Assembly (NCBI GenBank): GCA_903825395.1
Contig: CAIKAF010000005.1
Coordinates: 82,755-146,754 of the forward strand
From: an uncultured Flavobacteriales bacterium
GTDB lineage: Bacteria; Bacteroidota; Bacteroidia; CAIKAF01
Length of the DNA: 64,000 nt
Direction of reading: 5' to 3'
Below the pieces are notes generated by a model. It made no database searches. It worked only from the letters and a program-made list of their open reading frames with translations, and was not told where the DNA came from. Each line of letters starts with the position of its first letter. Within the stretch, counting starts at the first letter, position 1. The position numbers were made by a program, and so were the translations under genes. Below, in pieces: positions 1 through 8,329 of this stretch.

Positions 1-48
1 GCGCATTCCGGCTCCTTTTCAATGGCTGATGTACTCGTTTCAGAATAA

Positions 49-207
49 TTTGTGGGGCGGCAGCCGGGCTTTCGCGGGTAGTCCGCGGTGGCCGGACGGG
101 GCGCTAGCGGGCTGCGGTGGCTCCTAAAGTCGCCTCCTCGCCGCGCAGCGCCTACCGCCGCCCACCTTGCGGGCAACCCTGCTCAATCCCTGCCGCAAGC
201 GGAATCC
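49..207 (+). repeat. GC-rich dispersed repeat, family 1, copy A
   Basis: About 70% GC and about 160 nt. It shares the blocks gggctttc..gggtagtccgcgg, ggtggctcctaaagtcgcctcc, cttgcgggcaacc and ctcaatccctgccgc with the copies at 20243, 40016 and 49820, and with the reverse complement of the copies at 8100, 24172 and 51005. Confidence 0.8.
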
Positions 208-251
208 AGACCCCAGCCCTGTCATTCTCTATTTTAGACCTCAAGGACCGT

Positions 252-794
252 TCAGGACTCCCGATTGGTGTTCCTCATTTTGGAATTGGAGAATGCCCGG
301 CCAAAATAAACCAGCAAAGGCAGAAAAAAGGCCAGCAGCACCACCGGCAACATCCACTCCGCCATCAGCCCCTTTTTCTGCTGAGCGGTCTGAATGGTTT
401 CAAACAACACCAAGCCAAACACCAGCACCAGAGCCAATTTTGTTTGGCGCATCAACTGAACGGCCAACTTGTACTGAAATTCTGCATTGGCCGGGGTAAT
501 TTGAACCGGATAATTAAAGGTATGCGGGTAGCGGTTTAACAGCCCCAGCCCAAGACTCAAAACGGTACAAACCAACAGCAACACCCAAACTTGAGCCTTT
601 GAGCCATAGGCATCCGGACTGCCTGATGCATTAAAATGAACAGGGATTTCGGCGGGAAGCCCTTGAAAAACAGAAAGGACATACGCCCATTGGCACAACA
701 ACAGTAACCAACTCAAGCCCTCGTAAATGAAATCGAGCGGGCCGGGGATTAGCTTAATTTTAGGACGTACTGGGTTTTTCATAGCAACAACCAA
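252..794 (-). CDS. Small polytopic membrane protein (about 4 TM, DUF1648/SdpI-like), function unknown
   Basis: The 180-aa ORF has several hydrophobic helices. Assignment rests on ORF length and hydropathy only. Confidence 0.4.
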   Translation of the reverse strand: MVVAMKNPVRPKIKLIPGPLDFIYEGLSWLLLLCQWAYVLSVFQGLPAEIPVHFNASGSPDAYGSKAQVWVLLLVCTVLSLGLGLLNRYPHTFNYPVQITPANAEFQYKLAVQLMRQTKLALVLVFGLVLFETIQTAQQKKGLMAEWMLPVVLLAFFLPLLVYFGRAFSNSKMRNTNRES

Positions 795-888
795 ACCTGT
801 TCAGCAAGAAACTTCTGTCCTAAGATAAAAAATGAAAGCCTTGTTCAAGAAAAGCAGGCTTGGGTTTTTTATTTTGGATGTGCGCCCG

Positions 889-1022
889 TTTTTTTACCGC
901 AAAGAACACAATGTCGGCGCGAAGGACGCAAAGGGGGTGTAGTAAAAGCAACCACGCTCTTATTCAGCCCAAAACCCTGTTCGCTTTGCGCCTCCCTCCG
1001 CGAACGTTGTGGTAAAAACTGG
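889..1022 (-). repeat. Palindromic dispersed repeat, family 2, copy a
   Basis: It starts tttttaccgcaaag and ends ttgtggtaaaaa, with an internal ggacgcaaagggggtgtagt that is the reverse complement of the core of the 31-kb copies. Confidence 0.7.
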
Positions 1023-1119
1023 CATTCAAGCCTGTGCCAGGCTCATTTACCGCAAACACCAAGGCAACATTCCTTTTACAAAAAGGCGCTCCTTGTTAAA
1101 AATGCCCAAAATAAAAGGG

Positions 1120-1156
1120 TACTATTGAATCGGGCTACGAAGTATGTATCTTTGAA
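1120..1156 (+). promoter_or_regulatory. Putative Bacteroidota sigma-A promoter (-7 TAnnTTTG box: TATCTTTG) upstream of lemA
   Basis: TATCTTTG at about 1147–1154 matches the Bacteroidetes -7 consensus TAnnTTTG and lies about 17 nt upstream of the lemA ATG region. Confidence 0.35.
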
Positions 1157-1170
1157 AGAACAACAAACAC

Positions 1171-1755
1171 ATGAAAACACGCAGTTTACATTTCGTACTT
1201 TTTATTCTGCTCATCCCATTTTTAAGCAGTTGCGGCTACAATGCCATGGTAGCCAAAGAGGAAGCCACCACGGCCGCCTGGGCTCAGGTTGAAAACGTCT
1301 ATCAGCGCCGTGCCGACCTGATTCCCAATCTGGTGAATACTGTTAAGGGAGTAGCTGATTTTGAAAAACAAACCCTAAAAGAAGTGGTGGAAGCGCGGGC
1401 TTCTGCTACCCAAGTAAAGGTCGATGCGTCCAACCTTAGTCCGGAACAAATTAAGGCCTTTCAGGCCTCGCAAGGCCAACTGACCCAAGCCTTAGGGAAG
1501 TTGTTAATGGTGGCCGAACAATACCCCCAACTGAAAGCCACTCAAAACTTTTTAGAATTGCAGGCCCAATTGGAGGGAACTGAAAACCGCATCAGTGTTG
1601 AGCGGCAAAAGTTCAATACTGTTGTACAAGACTACAATGCCTACATCCGGAAATTCCCTCAGGTCATATATTCGGGTTGGTTTGGATTTGAAAAGAAAGG
1701 CTATTTCGAGGCAGAAGCCGGGGCAGAAAAAGCGCCTGAAGTAAGCTTCGAGTAA
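1171..1755 (+). CDS. lemA: LemA family protein
   Basis: Protein is 194 aa with an N-terminal TM helix. It carries the conserved LemA blocks AWAQVENVYQRRADLIPNLVNTVKG and PQLKATQNFLELQAQLEGTENRISVER. Confidence 0.85.
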   Translation: MKTRSLHFVLFILLIPFLSSCGYNAMVAKEEATTAAWAQVENVYQRRADLIPNLVNTVKGVADFEKQTLKEVVEARASATQVKVDASNLSPEQIKAFQASQGQLTQALGKLLMVAEQYPQLKATQNFLELQAQLEGTENRISVERQKFNTVVQDYNAYIRKFPQVIYSGWFGFEKKGYFEAEAGAEKAPEVSFE

Positions 1756-1757
1756 GC

Positions 1758-2195
1758 ATGTCGGCCAGCTTTCTTTCTGAAACAGATCAACGACGGGTCA
1801 TTGAGGCCATTCAACAGGCGGAACTGCATACCGACGGCGAGATTAAAATACATTTGGAACCGACCTGTTCCAATGTCATGCCCTTGGCCAGAGCCAAAGA
1901 ATTGTTTCTACAACTGAACCTTCAAAATACAGCACAGCGAAGTGCAGTATTAATCTATATTGCCTACGAAGACCATCAGCTCGCCATTCTTGGCGATGCC
2001 GGCATACATCAGCGCGTAGGCGATTCGTTTTGGCAGCAAGAAAAAGACACCTTAATCAGTCATTTTAAAGCAGGTGACCCTGCCGGAGGCTTGGTTCGGG
2101 TTGTGCATGATGTAGGCCAGAAATTAATAGCCTTTTTTCCTAAATCGACCAACAATCCGAATGAAATTAGCGATGACTTATCCTTTGGAGAATAA
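1758..2195 (+). CDS. TPM-domain protein (TLP18.3/Psb32/MOLO-1 phosphatase-like)
   Basis: Protein is 145 aa. It has the TPM-like pattern (QRRVIEAIQQAELHTDGEIKIHLE…AVLIYIAYEDHQLAILGDAGI) and sits directly after lemA, as in canonical LemA–TPM operons. Confidence 0.7.
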   Translation: MSASFLSETDQRRVIEAIQQAELHTDGEIKIHLEPTCSNVMPLARAKELFLQLNLQNTAQRSAVLIYIAYEDHQLAILGDAGIHQRVGDSFWQQEKDTLISHFKAGDPAGGLVRVVHDVGQKLIAFFPKSTNNPNEISDDLSFGE

Positions 2196-2946
2196 ATTCG
2201 GATTTAGGCTTTTGTGGTTCAGCTTACTCGTTCTAATCCCCATGGTGGGATTGGCCAAAGAAGCACCTCCGAAACCCAAACGTTGGGTCAACGATTATGT
2301 GGGAATTATCCCGGCCGATGAATTGGCTCAACTGGAAGCCCAGATTCAAGCTTTCACCGATTCTACAGGGCATCAGCTGGCAGTAGTGGTTGAGCAATCG
2401 CTGGAAGGAGATGACGTATTTGATTACAGTCAACGCCTGGCCGAAGCATGGGGAATCGGCAGCAAAGAACACAACAATGGTGTTTTGCTGTACATCGCCT
2501 TGGAAGACCGGGCGCTTCGAATTCATGTAGGATATGGACTGGAAGGCGTCATTACCGATGCCTTATCCAAGCGGATTATTGAGCGTACCCTTAAACCCAG
2601 ATTTCAGCAAGAGCAATATTCGGAAGGAATACACGATGCCATCACCCTACTGATTTTAGCGGCCTCCGGAGAAAAAATAGACCTTGGTTCAGGAGAGGAA
2701 GAAATCCCGCTTTGGCTTATTGGTCTGTTTTTATTGGGTATAGTAGGCATATTTGTGTTGGCTGCCATTTTTGGAAATAAAGGCGGTGGTGGGCATGGAG
2801 GCCGTTCTGCCTATGGTGGGCCTATCTTTTGGGGTGGCACATTGGGGGGCGGCGGATTTTCCAGCGGTGGCTTTTCTGGCGGTGGGGGATTCGGAGGATT
2901 TGGTGGAGGGAGTTTTGGTGGAGGCGGTGCCAGCGGCAGCTGGTAA
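2161..2946 (+). CDS. TPM-domain membrane protein (YgcG-like) with Gly-rich C-terminal tail
   Basis: The TPM domain reads VNDYVGIIPADELAQLEAQIQAFTDSTGHQLAVVVEQSLEGDD…GVLLYIALEDRALRIHVGYGLEG. It has an N-terminal signal or TM helix, a central TM helix and a GGGFGG-repeat tail. It overlaps the previous gene by 35 bp. Confidence 0.75.
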   Translation: MKLAMTYPLENKFGFRLLWFSLLVLIPMVGLAKEAPPKPKRWVNDYVGIIPADELAQLEAQIQAFTDSTGHQLAVVVEQSLEGDDVFDYSQRLAEAWGIGSKEHNNGVLLYIALEDRALRIHVGYGLEGVITDALSKRIIERTLKPRFQQEQYSEGIHDAITLLILAASGEKIDLGSGEEEIPLWLIGLFLLGIVGIFVLAAIFGNKGGGGHGGRSAYGGPIFWGGTLGGGGFSSGGFSGGGGFGGFGGGSFGGGGASGSW

Positions 2947-2976
2947 TCCGGGAATTGTGGCTCTGCCCAGGATGGG

Positions 2977-3112
2977 TGTTTTTTTACCGCAATGAGCACC
3001 ATGTCGGCGCAAAGGACGCAAAGGGGGTGGTGTAAACGCAACCAGGCTCTCATTCAACCCAAGACTCTGTGAGCTTTGCGCCTCCCTCCGCGAACATTGT
3101 GGTAAAAACTGG
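2977..3112 (-). repeat. Palindromic dispersed repeat, family 2, copy b
   Basis: Near-identical to copy a (gtttttttaccgcaatgagcaccatgtcggcgcaaaggacgcaaagggggtg … ctttgcgcctccctccgcgaacattgtggtaaaaactgg). Confidence 0.75.
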
Positions 3113-3150
3113 CATTCAAGGCTGAACCAGGCTTTGAAGCCACATATCCA

Positions 3151-3188
3151 AAATAAAAAACCCGACCAAGGTCGGGTTAAATTTGATT
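3151..3188. terminator. Bidirectional intrinsic terminator between convergent genes
   Basis: The sequence is aaaataaaaaa CCCGACC aa GGTCGGG ttaaattt. That gives a 7-bp GC-rich stem with a 2-nt loop, an A-run on one side and a T-rich tract on the other. Confidence 0.6.
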
Positions 3189-3203
3189 GAAATGATGGGC
3201 CGA

Positions 3204-3581
3204 TTACTTGGCCAGATGGACCTTTGTAACCTTAATTTTAACTATGGTTGCCCCTTTGTATTTGCACATCTTAAGAAACGATTTTGCGCTGCCTGAGGGA
3301 ATCGCATCTTCGGGACTGGAAGCGTTGAACGAATCTTCTTTCGTGTCAACCAGTTCCCCGAAATTATCGTAAAACTCGGCAGTCCAACGAAGTCCATCGA
3401 TGGGTTTGTCGTGTTTGTTTTGAATGTAAAAGCTGTATGAAATCAAATTCCCAAGCACAATTTTGGGAGAAATCTTAAACACCTCTGCCTTTTCAATTGC
3501 CCCATCGGATTGAGCTGCCAATGGAGTGTTTGATAGGGAAAAGAAAAACAGAAGCGGCAATAGAGCGGAAATAAATTTCAT
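3204..3581 (-). CDS. Small secreted protein, unknown function (signal peptide)
   Basis: Protein is 125 aa. Its N-terminus MKFISALLPLLFFFSLSNTPLAAQ is a typical Sec signal. It is the last gene of a five-gene co-directional secreted-protein operon. Confidence 0.5.
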   Translation of the reverse strand: MKFISALLPLLFFFSLSNTPLAAQSDGAIEKAEVFKISPKIVLGNLISYSFYIQNKHDKPIDGLRWTAEFYDNFGELVDTKEDSFNASSPEDAIPSGSAKSFLKMCKYKGATIVKIKVTKVHLAK

Positions 3582-3640
3582 GATTTCTACAGATTTAGGT
3601 TCAGTAAAATGTCAAAACAAAAATCAGACCAAACTAAAAA

Positions 3641-4636
3641 TCAATACCACCAAGAGCGGATGTTGTAAACAACCGTTGTTTTAGGCTGATTTTGTGCTCG
3701 GGCAACACCGATAGCCCTTGCTGCGTTGATGCGGCTCTTTTCGAGGTTCACTGCATCGGCTTGCTGCTTCAACTTGAACTCCCATTCACGTTGTTCGGCA
3801 GCTTGTGCGCGCTGATCCAACTCTTGAATCCGCTTTGCAATGGTATTTGATAGCCCTTGAGCATCGGAATAGCAAGAGGAATTGGGGTCAATGTTGCCAA
3901 GGAATTGGGCCGCCTTTTTGGCTGCTCCTTCATCTTGGCCTGCATTCCATGCGTTTTGTGCCTCCATCATATCAATTTTACATTGCTTATCAATTTGCTT
4001 TTGATAAATAGGAGCAACGGCTGTCATGGCCTTGTTGTAGCAATCTTTACACACATCAGGCACGCTGGTCAGAACAGAAATAGCTCCTTCAAAATCACTT
4101 TGGCTCGATAAGGTTTCGGCCTCTTTTAGAATGAAATCGCACTTGCTGTTGTAGTACTCGATGATTTTCACTTTCGCCTTTTCTACAAATTCGGTGTAGA
4201 GGGGGTCTTGGTCCTTAATTTTTTTAATTGCGGCTAAATATGCCTTCGTATGGCTGGGACCGGCGCCTTTGGTATTGATGGTTTGTGAAGCGAATAAGGT
4301 TCCTTCAATGGCATCTCCAATTAAAAGCGTAATCTCCAATTCATAATAATAAATAGTTGGAGTGGTGCTAGAAACCTCTTTCGCCAATTCGGCAATTTTA
4401 GCCGTCATGATAAAGCGGTTGTCGTACGAAGATCCACCTAAGCCTGCTTTGGTGATAATGCGCTCGATGCGTGTTTTTAGGGCGGATTGAGCTTCCGGGG
4501 TAATATCTCCGATATCTGTAGGCACATATGCTTTGATGGGGATTCTAGCCGCATCATCAGCACTGGCCTCAGAGTTTTGAGCCAACATTGTGTTGGCAGC
4601 CAAAAGTAAAAGGAGGGGAAAAAAGATACGTTTCAT
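3641..4636 (-). CDS. Secreted protein, unknown function (signal peptide, multiple Cys pairs)
   Basis: Protein is 331 aa with an N-terminal signal MKRIFFPLLLLLAANTMLAQ. It has paired cysteines (CKDCYNKA, QCKIDMM, SSCYSD) and is not recognised as any known family. Confidence 0.55.
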   Translation of the reverse strand: MKRIFFPLLLLLAANTMLAQNSEASADDAARIPIKAYVPTDIGDITPEAQSALKTRIERIITKAGLGGSSYDNRFIMTAKIAELAKEVSSTTPTIYYYELEITLLIGDAIEGTLFASQTINTKGAGPSHTKAYLAAIKKIKDQDPLYTEFVEKAKVKIIEYYNSKCDFILKEAETLSSQSDFEGAISVLTSVPDVCKDCYNKAMTAVAPIYQKQIDKQCKIDMMEAQNAWNAGQDEGAAKKAAQFLGNIDPNSSCYSDAQGLSNTIAKRIQELDQRAQAAEQREWEFKLKQQADAVNLEKSRINAARAIGVARAQNQPKTTVVYNIRSWWY

Positions 4637-4646
4637 ATCGAGTAGT

Positions 4647-5144
4647 TTATTTGATGTTATCTTGCTCTAACTGTTTTTTAAGTTTTAGGCGCTCAACCCG
4701 AACCACTACCATGCGCTGTTCGGCTTGCTTTGATTCTTTTACATTCCGTTCGGCCTTGTTTTTCCCTGTTTCATCTTTCACGCTTACAAAGGCTTTATAG
4801 GGGCCTTTATCTGCGAAGAAATTGGCAAAATACTCCTCATATTTTTCTTGAGCACGAGGGGTAAGAATCAACGGACTGCTGTTGCAACCGCCAACGCCAA
4901 TTTTTATGCCTTTGAAAACAACGGCATGCACCGCATTTTTCATGGCTTGCTCAGAGGCATCCGCATAGTTTTTACCTAGGCCATAGGATTCAACGGTAAT
5001 GCTTCCATCCATTTCAGTACCCAAGCAAGAAACTTCATACGTGTATAATGCACCGCGAGACGTTTCTTGGGTCTTACAGGAAAAAAAAGTCATCAGCCCT
5101 ACACATAGAAGGGCTGATGACACAAAATAGGTTGAAGATTTCAA
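4647..5144 (-). CDS. Lipoprotein, unknown function
   Basis: Protein is 165 aa. A lipobox-like LMTFFSC follows the signal, and the C-terminus is lysine-rich and charged. Confidence 0.55.
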   Translation of the reverse strand: MKSSTYFVSSALLCVGLMTFFSCKTQETSRGALYTYEVSCLGTEMDGSITVESYGLGKNYADASEQAMKNAVHAVVFKGIKIGVGGCNSSPLILTPRAQEKYEEYFANFFADKGPYKAFVSVKDETGKNKAERNVKESKQAEQRMVVVRVERLKLKKQLEQDNIK

Positions 5145-6542
5145 TTATTCAGCAGGTTTAAAAACAACTACAACTTTACCCTTACCTACTGTTTTTACAA
5201 CAGCTTGAAGGTCCTTTAATTCTTCGGTTACGTAGGTTTCGATTTTCGATGCCAATTTTTCAAAGCTGTTAGAAACCTCTTTGCCTTTCCTGTTTTTGGT
5301 TTTTGAAGGAATGGTAACATCGTATTCTCTACGCGTTCCGGTTTGTTGTCCGAATGGAGAAGCTTTAGAAGCCAATTCTTCAGCCGCCTCATCAATCAAT
5401 TCAGAGAAGGTCATTTTGTCTCCGCCCACGTTGATTTTAGAGCTGAAATTCAAATCAACACCGGCGTCCACTTTGAAAATGATTTTTCCTGCCAGACCTT
5501 TTTCTTCGCGTTTAACAAGAAACTTAAGGGCCTTTGCTTGGAAATCATTACTAGCCTCCTTAAGAGCCGCATCCATTAGGGCAGTTTTGTTGTCTCCAAC
5601 AATGCGCTTGGTTACAGAGCGACCTGGCATATCAGAGGAAGAATTGCTGTAGGCATCGATACCGGTAAAGGAGATGGTCATTTGCTTTGCGGTTCCTCCG
5701 TCAACAGATTCTTCTGTAAAGTTTACTTCAAGGTAGATATCTGCCTGAAGCGTTCTGGCCAACATATCTTCAGCAGATTCTTTCAGGTCTACGTCATCAG
5801 AAAGTTTGTCGCGCATCACCTCATTGTTGCCATTTGCAAGTTGTGTATTGATGTCGTCGATTTTGAATCCATCACCAAGATTCACACGAATGCTCTGAAG
5901 AATATGGTTGTAATCCTTGTTTTCAGACAGACGAGAGTAATCGCGTTTTGGGGCGTTGACTCCCTGATTGTCTTCAAATGTAAGGCCACCTAACCTCTTC
6001 AGCCATTCGTCATTCGGGCGCACAACAACAGTGATTTCACCTAGGGTTTCCCGAAGGTCAGCCATGGATTTGATTTTACCTTGCGACTCTAAATCTTTGC
6101 GGATTTCAGCGATTTTCAAGGTTACAGAAGTTGTGATTTTCATCATCTTCTTTTTCTCGATCTTCACTTCGCCTCCAGGCTTTGACGTGTTGATTTTGCC
6201 TTCCGCATAGCGCAGACCTTTTCCTTCTTCATTGATAAACGCAATAAAGAAATCTTTGTCCTGCTCATATACTGACGATTCAGCAAGTTTGGTTACAGCG
6301 GCATCAAATCCTACAAAAATGTAAGTGTATAGAGCCAGTTTACGTGCTTCAAGAAGCGCTTCTGGCACCGTTGGTGCCGAGCAGGTTACATCAACCTTGA
6401 TATAATCTCCCTTTGTGTCGCCCCAAAGTTCAACCGCCTTAAAAGGATCGGTTTCAAACCAAGGTTCATTTTGAGCATTTAGAACTGTTGTAGAACCCAA
6501 TGCGGCAATTACAACAATACAGCTTAGAATAAAACGTTTCAT
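5145..6542 (-). CDS. Secreted protein, unknown function
   Basis: Protein is 465 aa with signal MKRFILSCIVVIAALGSTTVLNAQ. Its stop abuts the start of the lipoprotein gene (5144/5145), and the whole protein is charged and hydrophilic. Confidence 0.6.
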   Translation of the reverse strand: MKRFILSCIVVIAALGSTTVLNAQNEPWFETDPFKAVELWGDTKGDYIKVDVTCSAPTVPEALLEARKLALYTYIFVGFDAAVTKLAESSVYEQDKDFFIAFINEEGKGLRYAEGKINTSKPGGEVKIEKKKMMKITTSVTLKIAEIRKDLESQGKIKSMADLRETLGEITVVVRPNDEWLKRLGGLTFEDNQGVNAPKRDYSRLSENKDYNHILQSIRVNLGDGFKIDDINTQLANGNNEVMRDKLSDDVDLKESAEDMLARTLQADIYLEVNFTEESVDGGTAKQMTISFTGIDAYSNSSSDMPGRSVTKRIVGDNKTALMDAALKEASNDFQAKALKFLVKREEKGLAGKIIFKVDAGVDLNFSSKINVGGDKMTFSELIDEAAEELASKASPFGQQTGTRREYDVTIPSKTKNRKGKEVSNSFEKLASKIETYVTEELKDLQAVVKTVGKGKVVVVFKPAE

Positions 6543-6569
6543 ACCTAATGTGTTAGTGTATATAATTAA

Positions 6570-7940
6570 TTATTTAAGCAGGCGCAAAAAGTGAATTCCG
6601 GGTTGCACCTTTTTGCCACCAGCAAATGAAGTAAAGGCAGGACCAACTACTGGATTGCCAGAGGCATCCAACGCAGGCTCTTGGTCGGCACCAATGCGGT
6701 TATCCCAAATGGGTTGTTTCTTGTCTACTTTCACTTTTCCGATAGACTTATAGCGTGGGAAGCCAAACTCATTGAATTCGATTGCCAACACCTCAAACGT
6801 TTGGTTTTCTTCAATTCCTTCTTTCATTCCGATTCGTGCGGTTACAGGAGCTGCGCTAGAAACAGGAGCTACTGGACGGAATTGAACATGGTTCTTTTGC
6901 AAACGGGCCAATGAATTGTCCATAACGCGCTTGATTTGAAGGTCAATAATTTGTTCTTCAGTGCGCTTCTCGCCAATTTTAAAGGTAACGATAGAACTGG
7001 TGGTTGACTTACCTACAAATTTGATTTTGAAAATGGATGTAGTGTCCCAAATTTGTCCGCGTTTGGCCATCAATTCGCTGTTTTCAAAATATCCTTTAAA
7101 CTTTTCAGCAACAGCGGCATCCCATTCCAATTGGTATAGGAAAGAAGTACAAATTACGGTATATCCTTCTTTGGTGCGCTCATACACAGTATCCAGTTGG
7201 TCCAATGACTTTTGCAACATAGCGGGAGGCATAGCGGCCATTTTTTTGCGAGCTTCGGCCTTAGCCAAGTCACGAGCCAAAGCAGCGACGGGTTCGTTGG
7301 GGAAAAAGTTCAATTTCTGAAACACAGTATAGGTGTTTGAAATCAACTCGTAATCCTCGTACAAATTTTCAGCTAAAGCGGCTTGCTTTGCGTCATCCAT
7401 CTTTTCAGCTGAAGCGGAATACTTACCTCTTTCCAACAATAAATTTTTGTTGATGTCATTCCCTTTCCGGTTAAACCAAGTATCAAACATTTGGCGTGCA
7501 ATGTTCTTTTGGCTAATGTACTTTTGTAATTTAAGCTGAAGCAATTCTCCCTTGTCAGGACCTTGTACAGCAACAGAGCTATCGGCCTTAAGGTAACGCA
7601 ACGGACGTAAAGGGAATTTTGCTGCCTTTAAAAAGTCCATCGGAGTTTTAAACGTATCTTTATAAAATCCGGCAGCCAAGAACTCGGCATCTGTCAATTT
7701 AATGGCAGCCGCATCAAACTTCTTATCGGCAATTTCATGCTTGTTGTACTTGTCAGGAAATGGATACGAATTGTACGATTTAATGACTAAATTTTTGCTT
7801 TTCCCCAAATCATCGTCTTCAATTAAGACCATGGTCATGGAGCTTCTGCGGTAATCCAAAGGAGTTGGGGCATCCTGAGCCTGTAGCCCAGCGAACAACG
7901 TTATACCCAAAAGAGCAGCGAAGTTGGTTTTTAGATTCAT
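6570..7940 (-). CDS. Secreted protein, unknown function
   Basis: Protein is 456 aa with signal MNLKTNFAALLGITLFAGLQAQ. It is the first gene of the co-directional operon. Confidence 0.6.
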   Translation of the reverse strand: MNLKTNFAALLGITLFAGLQAQDAPTPLDYRRSSMTMVLIEDDDLGKSKNLVIKSYNSYPFPDKYNKHEIADKKFDAAAIKLTDAEFLAAGFYKDTFKTPMDFLKAAKFPLRPLRYLKADSSVAVQGPDKGELLQLKLQKYISQKNIARQMFDTWFNRKGNDINKNLLLERGKYSASAEKMDDAKQAALAENLYEDYELISNTYTVFQKLNFFPNEPVAALARDLAKAEARKKMAAMPPAMLQKSLDQLDTVYERTKEGYTVICTSFLYQLEWDAAVAEKFKGYFENSELMAKRGQIWDTTSIFKIKFVGKSTTSSIVTFKIGEKRTEEQIIDLQIKRVMDNSLARLQKNHVQFRPVAPVSSAAPVTARIGMKEGIEENQTFEVLAIEFNEFGFPRYKSIGKVKVDKKQPIWDNRIGADQEPALDASGNPVVGPAFTSFAGGKKVQPGIHFLRLLK

Positions 7941-8099
7941 TATCAGTTATTTAAGTGAAAAAATTACATGTTATGGGGCGTAAAAATGGGGATATTTTTT
8001 AGGAACGCCAAATTTAGACTGCAATTAATTTAATCTGCGGTTTACCCATAAGAAATAATGAAGGGGGTTTTTACAATGTGAAGTTTAAGCCAAAAGCCT

Positions 8100-8280
8100 C
8101 AATCCGCGGCCCTTGGCCTAGAGGTGGCCTGCGGCAGGGATTGACGAGGCTAGCCCGCAAAGATGCCGAAGCCTGGCCCGCTAGGTGCGGAGGCGACTTT
8201 AGGAGCCACCGCAAACCAGCTGGGCCAGCCTTTCGGCAACTGCGGACTAGCACGGAAAGCCCGTCAGCCGCCCAAAATCC
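8100..8280 (-). repeat. GC-rich dispersed repeat, family 1, copy B (inverted)
   Basis: gcggcagggattgacgaggctagcccgcaa…ggaggcgactttaggagccaccgca…gcggactagcacggaaagcccgtcagccgcc is the reverse complement of the copy A blocks. Confidence 0.8.
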
Positions 8281-8283
8281 CCA

Positions 8284-8312
8284 TAAAAAAAGCCCCGCAG
8301 TGCAGGGCTTTA
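8284..8312 (-). terminator. Intrinsic terminator downstream of coxI
   Basis: The minus-strand RNA reads AGCCCUGC-ACU-GCGGGGCU followed by UUUUUUU. That is an 8-bp stem including one G·U, a 3-nt loop and a U7 tract, lying immediately 3' of the coxI stop. Confidence 0.65.
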
Positions 8313-8329
8313 ACGTTAGAATTTTACGC

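Noticed and set aside
117-539. ORFs 117..539(+) and 167..499(+)
   Set aside because: They sit inside family-1 repeat copy A and antisense to the real membrane-protein gene 252..794(-). Their composition is low-complexity Pro/Ala/Arg-rich.
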